DNA of 64,000 nt from Tubiluchus corallicola (lineage: Eukaryota > Animalia > Priapulida). The DNA lies in assembly GCA_030141605.1 (NCBI GenBank), contig JAQGDQ010000011.1:186001-250000 (forward strand), written 5' to 3'. A program made the position numbers and the translations under genes. Each line of letters starts with the position of its first letter. Positions within the stretch are counted from its first letter, which is position 1. The notes below the pieces were generated by a model. It ran no database searches, was not told where the DNA came from, and saw only the letters and a program-made list of their open reading frames with translations. This document shows, piece after piece, positions 38,215 through 48,700 of the stretch.

Positions 38215-40599
38215 ATGAGGATCCCTACAGACATGAGTAGATGGCTGAGAAGGTCTCTGCTTATATTAGTGTTCACAAGCTTAATTATAGTCTCATCAAC
38301 AGACAGTCTTCCGACTTCGTTAAAGCCGTCTTCGTCGGATTCTGTTCAAAAAAATGCTGTGGTGGAAATGATCTCGCGTCTAATTCCTAAGTATTCCAGT
38401 TTTTTCCACATAACAATTAACTCAGGACAAAATACACATTATGAACTTCGGCAAACATTTACAATCGAAACTAAACGTATAAATGGTACCCAGGTATTTA
38501 TCACTGCCAATAGTGGAGTAGCAGCTGCCGCTGGTTTTAATTATTATTTGAAATATTACTGCAACTGTCATGTTTCTTGGTCTGGTGACCAGCTTAAATT
38601 TTCCCAAGCCTTACCAGTGGTGAAACCCATTATTACTATCACGTCGTATGACAGACTTAGGTATTATCAAAATGTGTGCACATCTAGTTATTCGTTCGTC
38701 TGGTGGAACTGGACACGTTGGGAGAGAGAAATAGACTGGATGGCTCTTAATGGCATCAATCTGCCTCTAGCATTTACGGGCCAGGAAGAAATGTGGCTAA
38801 AGACATACACAAGTTTTGGCTTTACTGAACAAGATCTTGAAGACTTTTTCACGGGACCAGCATTTCTCGCTTGGGGTCGAATGGGTAACATCCAGGGTTG
38901 GGGCGGTCCACTTCCTAGAATGTGGATGCAGCAGCAACTTATTCTTCAGCATAAAATTTTAAAGAGAATGAGAGAATTTGGAATGATTCCAGTTTTGCCG
39001 GCTTTTGCCGGTCATGTTCCTAGAGCATTTCAAAGATTGTACCCAGATGCCAACGTTTCTATACTTGACCCTGATGGCTGGGGTCATTTTCATGGTAAAT
39101 ACTGTTGCACATTATTCTTAGATCCAGCTGATCCACTTTTCACTGAAATAGGTGCTGCTTTCATCGAAAAAATGAAAGCGGAGTTTGGAGTTGATCATAT
39201 TTACAATGCTGATGTTTTCAATGAGATGACTCCATCCAGTAGCGATCCAGCGTATTTGGCAAATACGAGTAAAGCTGTATTTGCATCCATGACTGCTGCT
39301 GATGAAGATGCTGTATGGCTTATGCAAGGATGGATGTTTTATGCAGACAGCCAGTTCTGGAAATTACCTCAAGCAAAAGCTGTTTTGACATCTATCCCAA
39401 TTGGCAGAATGATCGTGCTTGATTTGCAAGCAGAGGTTGTCCCACAGTATAAACGATTAAAATCATTTTTTGGTCAGCCTTTTATCTGGTGCATGTTGCA
39501 TAACTATGGTGGTGTCCTTGGCTTATATGGTGCCGTGGATAATTTAAATAACTTTTCTTACGAAGCTCGCATCTTCCCCAATACTTCAATTTACGGAACT
39601 GGAATTGCTCCTGAAGGTATTGAACAAAATGATGTTATGTATGATTTCATGAATGAAATTGGTTTTAGAAAAGGGGCAATTTCTGATCTTTCCGTTTGGT
39701 TTAAACATTATGCCCAACGACGATATGGCAGTTCTACCAGTGTTATTTCTCAATCGTGGAAGCTTTTAATGACAACTGTTTATAATTGTACACTTGACTT
39801 TCGTATGCACGGTAAATTTATAATTGTAAGACGGCCATCTCTGAAACTTGTGCCAGGAATTTGGTATGACACTGACTTGTTCTTCAAAGCCTGGGATGGG
39901 TTTGTTGCATCTGCAGAAAAATTTAGAGGTGTTGAAACATTTGAATATGATTTGGTGGATGTGACAAGACAAGCTTTACAACTTATTGGAGCTTTTTACT
40001 ACAGTGATTTAGTAGTAGCTTATAAGAACAAAAATGTAACTGCTTTGTGCATTGCTGGAATTACACTATTAGATGTACTCAATGATCTTGAAAGCATTCT
40101 TGCTTCCAATAGCCACTTTCTTTTAGGAAACTGGCTTGACGCTGCAAAGGACAAAGGGAATGGCTCAAAAGAACAAGAAATTCTTTATGAATACAACGCT
40201 CGAAATCAAATCACCCTCTGGGGTCCAGAAGGAAATATTTTGGACTATGCTACAAAACAGTGGTCAGGGATCATTGTTGATTACTACAAGCCCAGATGGC
40301 AACTGTTTATCAACAATTTGAAAAAATGTTTGGCTGAGCATGTAAAGTTTAATCAGAGTGCCTTTAACGATGAGGTTTTTGAGCTTATAGAAAAACCTTT
40401 TACTTTTGCAAACAACTCTTACCCCTCCAAACCAAAAGGAGACTCTATAGAGATTGCTCAGTTACTTCATACCAAATACATGAATAGCACCTATATGATG
40501 TACGGGAGATTTGTCAAAATGCACTACAGATTTAAAGAGTATATTACAATGCTCTTACTCAGGAAGAGAAATAATAAAAGTGTGGATACATTAGAGTAG
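38215..40599 (+). CDS. NAGLU: Alpha-N-acetylglucosaminidase (GH89), 794 aa, single-exon CDS
   Basis: Signal peptide; RYYQNVCTSSYSFVWW; WEREIDWMALNGIN; GPAFLAWGRMGN; catalytic Glu motifs DVFNEM and APEGIEQN; YEYNARNQITLWGP. Confidence 0.97.
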   Translation: MRIPTDMSRWLRRSLLILVFTSLIIVSSTDSLPTSLKPSSSDSVQKNAVVEMISRLIPKYSSFFHITINSGQNTHYELRQTFTIETKRINGTQVFITANSGVAAAAGFNYYLKYYCNCHVSWSGDQLKFSQALPVVKPIITITSYDRLRYYQNVCTSSYSFVWWNWTRWEREIDWMALNGINLPLAFTGQEEMWLKTYTSFGFTEQDLEDFFTGPAFLAWGRMGNIQGWGGPLPRMWMQQQLILQHKILKRMREFGMIPVLPAFAGHVPRAFQRLYPDANVSILDPDGWGHFHGKYCCTLFLDPADPLFTEIGAAFIEKMKAEFGVDHIYNADVFNEMTPSSSDPAYLANTSKAVFASMTAADEDAVWLMQGWMFYADSQFWKLPQAKAVLTSIPIGRMIVLDLQAEVVPQYKRLKSFFGQPFIWCMLHNYGGVLGLYGAVDNLNNFSYEARIFPNTSIYGTGIAPEGIEQNDVMYDFMNEIGFRKGAISDLSVWFKHYAQRRYGSSTSVISQSWKLLMTTVYNCTLDFRMHGKFIIVRRPSLKLVPGIWYDTDLFFKAWDGFVASAEKFRGVETFEYDLVDVTRQALQLIGAFYYSDLVVAYKNKNVTALCIAGITLLDVLNDLESILASNSHFLLGNWLDAAKDKGNGSKEQEILYEYNARNQITLWGPEGNILDYATKQWSGIIVDYYKPRWQLFINNLKKCLAEHVKFNQSAFNDEVFELIEKPFTFANNSYPSKPKGDSIEIAQLLHTKYMNSTYMMYGRFVKMHYRFKEYITMLLLRKRNNKSVDTLE

Positions 40600-41156
40600 A
40601 TGTTGTACAATTACCAATGTCTGAAAATGTTTAAATACAGTCATGATAAAGTTAGGGCAAGAATCATTTTTAGAGATCCGTATCACCTAGCTTTTATTAC
40701 ATGATATATTTTAATTTCTCTTGTTTGTTGTGTGATTTCATGTTCCTAATATAATAATATGTTCATTGTACAGGACAAATAATGTGTATAAATGTAAATA
40801 CCTCTTATATTTTAGCACTTCTTACTTCATTATTACAGTATGTTGTTTATTTATGCCACTGTGTGTGTGAACTTTTGTACGTACAGTTTCTTTCCTGCGT
40901 GTCGGCTGTAATAATGTAGATACATTATATTTCATTATTCTGTATTTTGTGATGGATTGATACGTTGTTACTTATAATAAAGTGCCTTAATTAAAGCTAT
41001 ATCAGTCGATTTCGATTTAGTCCATATGTTATGCTTGCGGAATTGATCAGTCTTAAAATTGATTTCACTTAGCTGATGAGTTTTTTACCTTGCAGTTATT
41101 GTAGAATGTGCTTGATTCAATAATAATTGGCTGTAGCACAGAAAAACGTAATGCCA

Positions 41157-41250
41157 AAAGCTTTTGCCCTAGGGGGCCTCATCAGCTGAATAGAAAGTTC
41201 TTGTAACTCAGCTGATGAAGCCCCCTAGGGCAAAAGTTCCTGAATAAATA
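41157..41250. ncRNA. Inverted pair of degenerate minimal type I hammerhead ribozyme motifs (Penelope-like pLTR relic)
   Basis: 29-bp inverted repeat (41161-41189 / 41208-41236, 1 mismatch). The + arm reads TCAG-CTGATGA-A-GCCC-CCTA-GGGC-aAAA-GT-TC-CTGA followed by ATAAA. Confidence 0.6.
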
Positions 41251-42601
41251 TTACATGCATAATCTTTGAGACTATAAAGGGCATCACGTCTCAAGAGAGC
41301 TCACTCGTATTTCAAATAATTGACTCTGCTTGTATCAGTAATTAACATTGCTGCTTTAAGTTTTTTGTCATTGATGTTACTGATTGCAGATTTGCAGTGT
41401 ACATACATGCTTGTTTTTCCTTATTGCTGTCACCAAATACATGTAATATTACAGTTGTTTACTGTCTGTCAGACATCTTGGAATGGTGACTTTCATCAGT
41501 AAATAATCTGATGAGGACAGAATTTAAAACTCTTGTGTCAAAACAATTTTAAATTGTTGTTCCTGGGTAATTGTCTGTCTTGGCATCGGTCAGGGCTGGA
41601 TTACGATGTGTTGGTGCCCTAAGCACACCCAGCACCTGGTGCCCTGGCCCCCTCCTTTGCCTACATCACCATATGCACATTTCGTGGCTCACAGCACACA
41701 CTATCATGTCATGCAAATTGTGCAACATTATATGTAAAACAAACGCCATTGTTGTACATAGGATTTATGCAACTTAAATTTTTCATTGACTTTGAATTGA
41801 AATTTTAATTAAATAAATAAGCCATAATCATATCACTGCACTTCATAAGCTAAAATATCTCTATACGTTTATAACACTGATAACTTATTTTCCCACAAGT
41901 AACAAGTAGTAGTTGAGGTAATTTGTAGTAATTGTATTATCTTGTAAGTTGACTTGATGCATAGTGCATTGATAGAACAATGATTTAATTGTGAGGTACT
42001 GTCACTGCTGTGAAATTTAAAAAAAAAACTTGAGAACTTGTAAAGTTGTAAGTCTGTATCATGTGTGACTTTTGGCCCAGAAAGACGTTAAACATGAAGT
42101 TAGAATGACCCAGTTTGATATGAAACTTCCTGCTCTAGGACTTAGTTAATGGCTATTGCAGATGTTGTGGTCATAGTGTTGGCAACTTGCCATGGCAATG
42201 GGTGGAAACATGGGAATAAAAGGCGGAGACCCTACTATGATGCTATGTATTGATATGAAAAACAACTCAGCCAAGGTGTCTCATTCTCGTGCAGCCTTCT
42301 ACCTCACACATTTCGAACCTTGAAAGATTTTTATGGTCTTTAACACACTTTTCAATTAATTGCAGTGTTACCTTAACCATATGCGTACATTTATGGTATT
42401 ACACGCTCAGGGGTCACAGCCTGAGCGCTATGAGTCACGAAAGCTATTGTTTTGCCATGGATGTGCCTGAGCTTTCCCCAATCTGCCGGACTCTTTATTA
42501 CATTGCATGCTTTAGCTTTGAGTCACCTGCCCCAGCCTAGGTACCGCGCTGAGCACTGTTAATACAGCCTAGGGATCGTGGGAATATAGTATTGTATATT
42601 A

Positions 42602-42719
42602 ACTACGGGCATATCACGTTGAAAACACCGGTTCTCGTCTGATCGCTGAAGTTAAGCAACGTAGAGCCTGGTTAGTACTTGGATGGGTGACCGCCTAGGA
42701 ATACAAGGTGCTGTAGGCC
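42602..42719 (+). rRNA. 5S rRNA-like sequence (SINE head; probably not a functional 5S gene)
   Basis: ctacgggcatatcacgttgaaaacaccggttctcgtctgatc...agttaagc...gttagtacttggatgggtgaccgcct...ggtgctgtaggc; boxes A and C recognisable. Confidence 0.8.
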
Positions 42720-43017
42720 TGCGGGATGGCCACACTGTATCTCGACACTAGGCGGAGGGCAGAGGAGGTCAAGTGACCCAATGGCCATGGGTAGAGGAGT
42801 AAACCTTCCAAATCAGGAGTGGAGCCCCGAAGGCGGACCAGTGCAGCATGCTCACTGACTCCGGCAGCTCCTGCAGCCAACCTGGCCACTCCAGTGGTTC
42901 AAGGATCGGATTGCTCAGCCACAGTCGACGCTGCAGCTCCATCAAATGTGATCAATAACTGACTCGCTTGGCGCACACTCCATTGTCTTCCAAGACAGAA
43001 GGATGCCAACAACAACA
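42602..43017 (+). mobile_element. 5S rRNA-derived SINE (SINE3) with an RTE-like body and (CAA)n tail
   Basis: Near full-length 5S head at 42602-42719 without an oligo-T terminator; GC-rich body of about 290 bp; tail gccaacaacaaca; exact 11-bp TSD ATTGTATATTA (42591-42601 and 43018-43028). Confidence 0.88.
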
Positions 43018-43279
43018 ATTGTATATTACAGATTTTCATTATATGTCGAGAGACAACTTTTGAGAAAAAACTAAGTTATAAAATGCGAGAGAGCAAATGT
43101 GGATAAAACAATTAACAGAGGTTTAACTATAGAAATAACAATGGGCAAAATGCCTAGATATAGGCTTCGCCCTGTCGATCTAGGGCAATACTATAATATT
43201 AAAACTTTATCAGTTTTCAAATAACGTCTTAGTCTGCTTACATGTTAATCCGGCCCTGGCATCCATGTTAATCAATGAA

Positions 43280-43586
43280 CTGACGCGGTAAGTACCCAGG
43301 CGTTTAACAGGCTATCCTTTTACGTCATTAAGCCTAGCCACGTGACCTTCACGATTAAACAACGGATTACCATTTTAGACGCTTCAGTACTGTACATTTA
43401 TAAACATAATAAATGGAGTAAGATGTGTACCTTTCATTTGTGTGAGCAGTGACGATAGGCAACTCAGTAAATAAACTGAATGTGAACTAAATTAAGTACC
43501 GCCAAAAAGATTTCGTGTTCCGAATCTGAAGTTTTTTGCGATTTCCACATGCACGCCTGCTAGCAGCGCAGTTTTTGCAGCTTCAG
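43280..43586 (+). promoter_or_regulatory. Putative promoter and non-coding first exon of XPNPEP1
   Basis: TACGTCA, TGACG and CACGTGAC motifs; donor CAG|GTAAAG at 43586/43587; matching branch point and acceptor gactaactgttacag 2 nt before the ATG at 45763. Confidence 0.45.
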
Positions 43587-44189
43587 GTAAAGATTGAGAG
43601 TTGTTGTTTAGTACGGTCGTCCACGTCTATAGTAAACTAGGTAAAGTAAGCAATGTTATAGTATTTATTGCCAAGTCTATATGCAGTGGTTACTCACCTT
43701 TCACTCAACGTATTATTGTTTGCGTTTATTATCGTTTTCAAGCCTCATGTGTAAGGAAGCTCACCCCGGAGGAACGTCATAATTATGTGTATCTTAGGTG
43801 AATTGACTCAAGTGGCAGGCCAACTCAATTATTTAAAATTATGTTATGTAAACTTGGAACCAGCACTGATAGGTATCATTTCACTAGCATCACTATTCGC
43901 CAGTATTTTTCAATGATGGTCTTGTCGAAATCTAGAGACGCACTATCATGCGCAAGAGATAGATGTGGCCAAATTCATAGCATGAATGAAAAATTGTAAC
44001 CAGATCCATTTGTAAAACAAAAACGATGCATGTTTTTTTGGAAATAAATTAAAGCCTTACGAGGAGATAAAATTGGCCTTCCACCAGTGAAACAAAATGA
44101 TAAGTTACAGTTTATGCAGTTAACGGCATTTTTAACATCAAGTTAGTGCACCTTTTCTACATAGCATAACATGCTTTTAATCATCCAAA

Positions 44190-44445
44190 AAATTGAACTC
44201 TCCACCTTCTGCCAAATTGTACAATCTTTCCTAGTCTGCAAGTTGAGGTATCTTTAATAATTAGAGGCGGTCCATCAAGGTCTTTTTACGCAAAATCCAT
44301 TCTTGTGTGCAGTTTATCTCTCCTTGGCTTTCTTTGGTGACTGAATACGCTTAAATTGATTCATGTATAACTTTAATAAGTGAACTATCTTCTGGTAATC
44401 TCAGAGTATGACCCATCCAATTAAGCCTCTGCACTTAATCTCAGA
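44190..44445 (-). mobile_element. RTE-clade LINE 3' ORF relic
   Basis: Minus strand reads QRLNWMGHTLRLPEDSSLIKVIHE, matching the RTE RLxWxGHxxR motif. Confidence 0.7.
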
Positions 44446-45762
44446 CTTGCCACATTTCAAATACTATGCGTGAGACTCACGCTTGTTATGACGTATGCTA
44501 GTAAATCAATAAATCCGCAAATAGTACACATTTTAGATCAGACATAGAGTTTTCTTGATTTTTCTGCTAATACATAATTATAATAAAAAGCATATAATCA
44601 TATCAAGGAAACTCATTTTAGATTACAAATCGGTTAGTTATAAATGTTGACACTTGAATGGTCGACTTTTCATCCATCCCCGCTTTAATATGTTGAGTAA
44701 TTTGGTGCAGACGTTTTTTTTTCTTTCCTTGATTAAATTTTGTTGTGACTGGTTTTAGCAGAGTTTCCAGATTTAGGCAGATTGTGTCACATGACTCAAA
44801 ATAAAAGTTAAAGTTCATAATTATTAAATATATGATACTCTTGATTTTGCTACCATGCTGTTGTTGTTGGGTATACGTCTTGTTCAGAAGCACCTCATAA
44901 AAAATCAAAAAGACAACAGAACTTTACGATGATTAACAGATAGATTGTTGACGTAATTCTAGTTATTAAACGACAAATTAGAGATTGCCAAATATTGCTG
45001 ATATGGCATTAATTACGAGTAGAAATAACTACAAGATGGCCTTCCTGGATGTTTGATAACGTACTGTTGTTGATGCATAGTCTAACCAAGTTAATTCCTA
45101 CTGCATCCATGATAGTAACTAGTGCATTTAGTACATTGAACTACATTACTTAGTTCTACTATGCGTCATTACTACATCACTACGCATCTTACTATATCGA
45201 GTCACTTTGAATATGGCATATTAGTTTTTACTGTTTAATTTGTTTTGTCCGAATGCGGAATTCGCATTTATACAGGCTTGACTACTAACAAATTATGTGA
45301 CTGAGACAAGTGTTGTTCCAAATGTTGTATTATTGTTCTTTGCACTATAAACAATGATCTTTTATGAATAGCAATTTCACAAATTTCTTATCGTCTATAT
45401 ATATATATATATTGAGGTAAAATTTCTTAGCGGTTGGTATGGTAGACATATTGGTCCAATCTGGAGGCAAGTACAGCATATCAAGTGATAAGCGTTTGTG
45501 CAAGTTGTAGCAAATATGATCAGCTTCTTGAACTTTTAAGAGTGTTACTGTGTTTCAGTGTGTTGTATGCAGATTGTTGTGTGCGTGACAAGTGCATATA
45601 GCTTTTTAGAGCTTTGCAGCAAGATTCCAATAAATTCTATTGTCATCAAAAGCCTGTTGCTGTCACCTAAAAATATTGACACTGTAACAGTAGTGTTTTT
45701 CTTTACAAATCCACAAGGCAGCAATAAATACGGTGTTTCATTGTTGACTAACTGTTACAGAA

Positions 45763-48700
45763 ATGGCATTGACACCAAAAAACACGACAGCAGTTCTGCA
45801 GAAACTGCGACTGTTGATGAGAAACACGGATGTGGTAAAGGAACCAATCCAGGCATACATCATTCCATCCGGAGATGCACATCAGAGTGAATACATTGCT
45901 TCCAGTGACGAGCGAAGGAGTTATGTCTCCGGTTTTAACGGATCAGCTGGTACAAGCTTTTTCTTTCCTTAAAAAAATATGTTCTCACTTTCTGGTCATG
46001 GTGAAGTCAAGCAAACTTTTTTTGGCTTCGTGAAGTACAAGTCCAGTTTAAGAAAAAACAGTTTATCTGCACAAAAGTTAATTGACATTCTGTAGTCATT
46101 ACGATATGGTTCCTGACCATTTTGAAAGATAATTTTGGTCTGGCTTAGTACATTAGTTCATTGACTACCTGGTGGAAATTGTATCATTGTGTGTATTTCA
46201 TAAAAACACAAAACCCATTAGTACTGATTTTGTTACTGATACTGGTACTGATAAATGTTTCTGTAACATAACGCTGCACCTTTTTTGTTTTTTTAAACAG
46301 GCACTGCAATTGTGACTGACCATCATGCAGCCATGTGGACGGATGGACGATATCATCTACAGGCTAGTTTACAAATGGACTCTAACTGGACGCTGATGAA
46401 AGATGGTGAGTGAACAGTGTGAGTGAATAATGGTAAGTGATCGTGAGTTCTTTTTCGACTGACATGTTAAATATATGAGCCGGACTTTCTACCTTTCTGT
46501 AGTATAAGGTTGCCTATCAAATGTTATCAGCAGGTGCATGTTTACACTGTGAAAATGTAAACAGGTGTGCGACTATTTTCAGTTCAAAGTTCTTGTCTGT
46601 TGAGTGGCATAGTTTCTGCACGAAAGTGTGACATTAAGCGCTGGGTTTTAGCTGCCTTTTATTCGCTTATTGCTGCAAGGTTTAAAGCTTGTTCTTAGAT
46701 TGTCGGTAAATTCAAGAAATGTGCTTAGTGCACATATTACTTTAGTTTACACCTATACACTCATATATCCCGGTTTGCTGGACAAAAGCGGGGAAACGTC
46801 GGTCCAAATTTTGTCTGTATTTACTGGTACAAAGCTAATACAGTAGGCGCCATATATTAGACTCACGGTAATGCAGAATCAATCACCTGATTGTCTCAAA
46901 AACGTCTAGTACGGGCCGCTTCTATACGAAAGTATGTAAAAACTGTCAAATAACTCTGCATACTTGATTCTATATTTTTATATATAGAGATGTACAGGTA
47001 GCTACACTGATGTAATGATGTAAACGAAGTAACCGCCTGCCAACTAGCAGTCTGCTTGCGAAACAACGGACTGTGTCCATAGTATGCAGGACTTCTTAGC
47101 GGTCTAGATTTTGTTTGATTCTTCTGATATCTGTAAAAGCAAAGTTGGGCAACCGAGATATGAATGTACATGTTTATACACTTTATACTGCAAGTTATGG
47201 TCTAGCGCTCAAGTGCACAGTATTTCCTGATTATAGCAGTACCAAAACTTTGCTCATTGCCTAAGATAGGCTGAGGAATATATTAGTCTGTAGTCGTAAT
47301 CAATAAGATATAAACTTTCACAATGTGGACGACATGGTTATCATTAAACCCAGGGTCAGATTATGACCTTTTGGGGTCCCTATGCTAATTAAATTGTAGG
47401 GCGTTCTCAGATGGAGCTACCCTCTAACTCGCCTGCACCTGTCTTGAATATTTTTACTCCTGATTTATTTTAGGGACATTTACATAGCTTAAAGTAAACT
47501 TATTGCAAGTTGTTTAAATAAATATTCTTTGAGAAGTACTACTATTTTATTATTAATTACAGACCAAATTAGCACATATTGTAAACCAAATCCATACAAC
47601 TATGGTGAAAAAACGGATTTTTTACCAAATGTTACCAAAGCTTGGAGGCCCCCAAGCTTAAGGGGCCCTAGACTGTAGCATATAGCCTACAGGATAATCC
47701 GGCCCTGATTAAACCAGAAATTTCTTTGACAGTAAATGAAAGATGCACTTTGGTTTTAGCTTTTAATTTGATTTGTGTTTCTTTTTTCAGGTTTGCCTGG
47801 AACGCCCACACAGGCCGAGTGGCTTACGAAGACGTTGCCAGAAGGTTCGAAAGTCGGGGTCGATCCATTCCTCATGTCTGTTGGTGAGTTATAAGCTTTT
47901 TATGGGTACATTTGTTGAAAGTGTGCTTGCAGCTAGATCTCGATGCATCGTGATATCTTTTATTACGATATAGATATTGCCAAAGTGCATAATTTGAGTC
48001 GCATAATATTTAGCAAAGTAGCACACACTTGATCGTATGCTGATAAAAATGATGTGAAGTAATTCAAGCTGCAGCTGTAGAGTGTATTATAAATAGCTTT
48101 CATTCAGGGCAGTGAGCAGTAGTTGACTTGACACTGGCACTGCTAGCCACCAAAGCTGTGGAAAATGCAATGTGTTTAATCTGTAGTAGGCTAATTACGT
48201 CGTTTATGTATAAATTTGTCAATGGCAAAGGTGAACCAGAAAATGCACAAACAACTTTTAAACCTAAAGTATTGATGTGTTTTGCTTTTCTGGTTGCTTA
48301 TGATGCAAGCAATAGCCTACACATAAGCAAGTAATAATTAAAAATCAAACAGTTTGTCGAGTTATTTTAGCATTTAGCCCAATCTTAAAACTGTTGATTG
48401 ACAAAATGTTTAGCATTTATTTTGAACGGCTTCGTCTAGCTTTTTTATAAAACCTGCAAACAATAAATCAGTTGTATTTTGATTCGTATCATTACAACCC
48501 TATTTGCAGTACGTAATTTTATACCGCAAATCCATAGAGTGTGCAAAACGCATTGTGCTCATTTTCCTCTGGTTTTTGCCTTTTCTGTATTTATACTGTT
48601 GCTTTTTGACCTGGTTAGTAAATGATGACCATGTGAAACAGTTACACACATTCAAACACAGCTGTCTTTTAGTTCGCTCTCCTAATTATTGTTAATTAGG

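Larger units (their letters stand above)
41591..43258. mobile_element. hAT non-autonomous element carrying a nested SINE3
   Basis: TIRs cagggctggatta ... taatccggccctg; near-TSD gcatcggt / gcatccat (6/8 match); same TIR type as 47351-47707. Confidence 0.6.

Noticed and set aside
14495-40599. Horizontally acquired bacterial operon as the explanation for the intronless genes
   Set aside because: The proteins are animal-type (IQCB1, HPS6-like, BPNT1, NAGLU with a signal peptide), lie on both strands, have splice signals in their leaders, and are separated by animal transposons.
42602-42719. Functional 5S rRNA gene
   Set aside because: No oligo-T terminator, several stem-disrupting changes, and it lies within a TSD-flanked retroposon.
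43335-43348. CACGTGAC as evidence of a CLEAR/TFEB lysosomal regulon for the NAGLU/HPS6 cluster
   Set aside because: A single short E-box downstream of NAGLU and upstream of XPNPEP1; not distinguishable from chance or a generic E-box.
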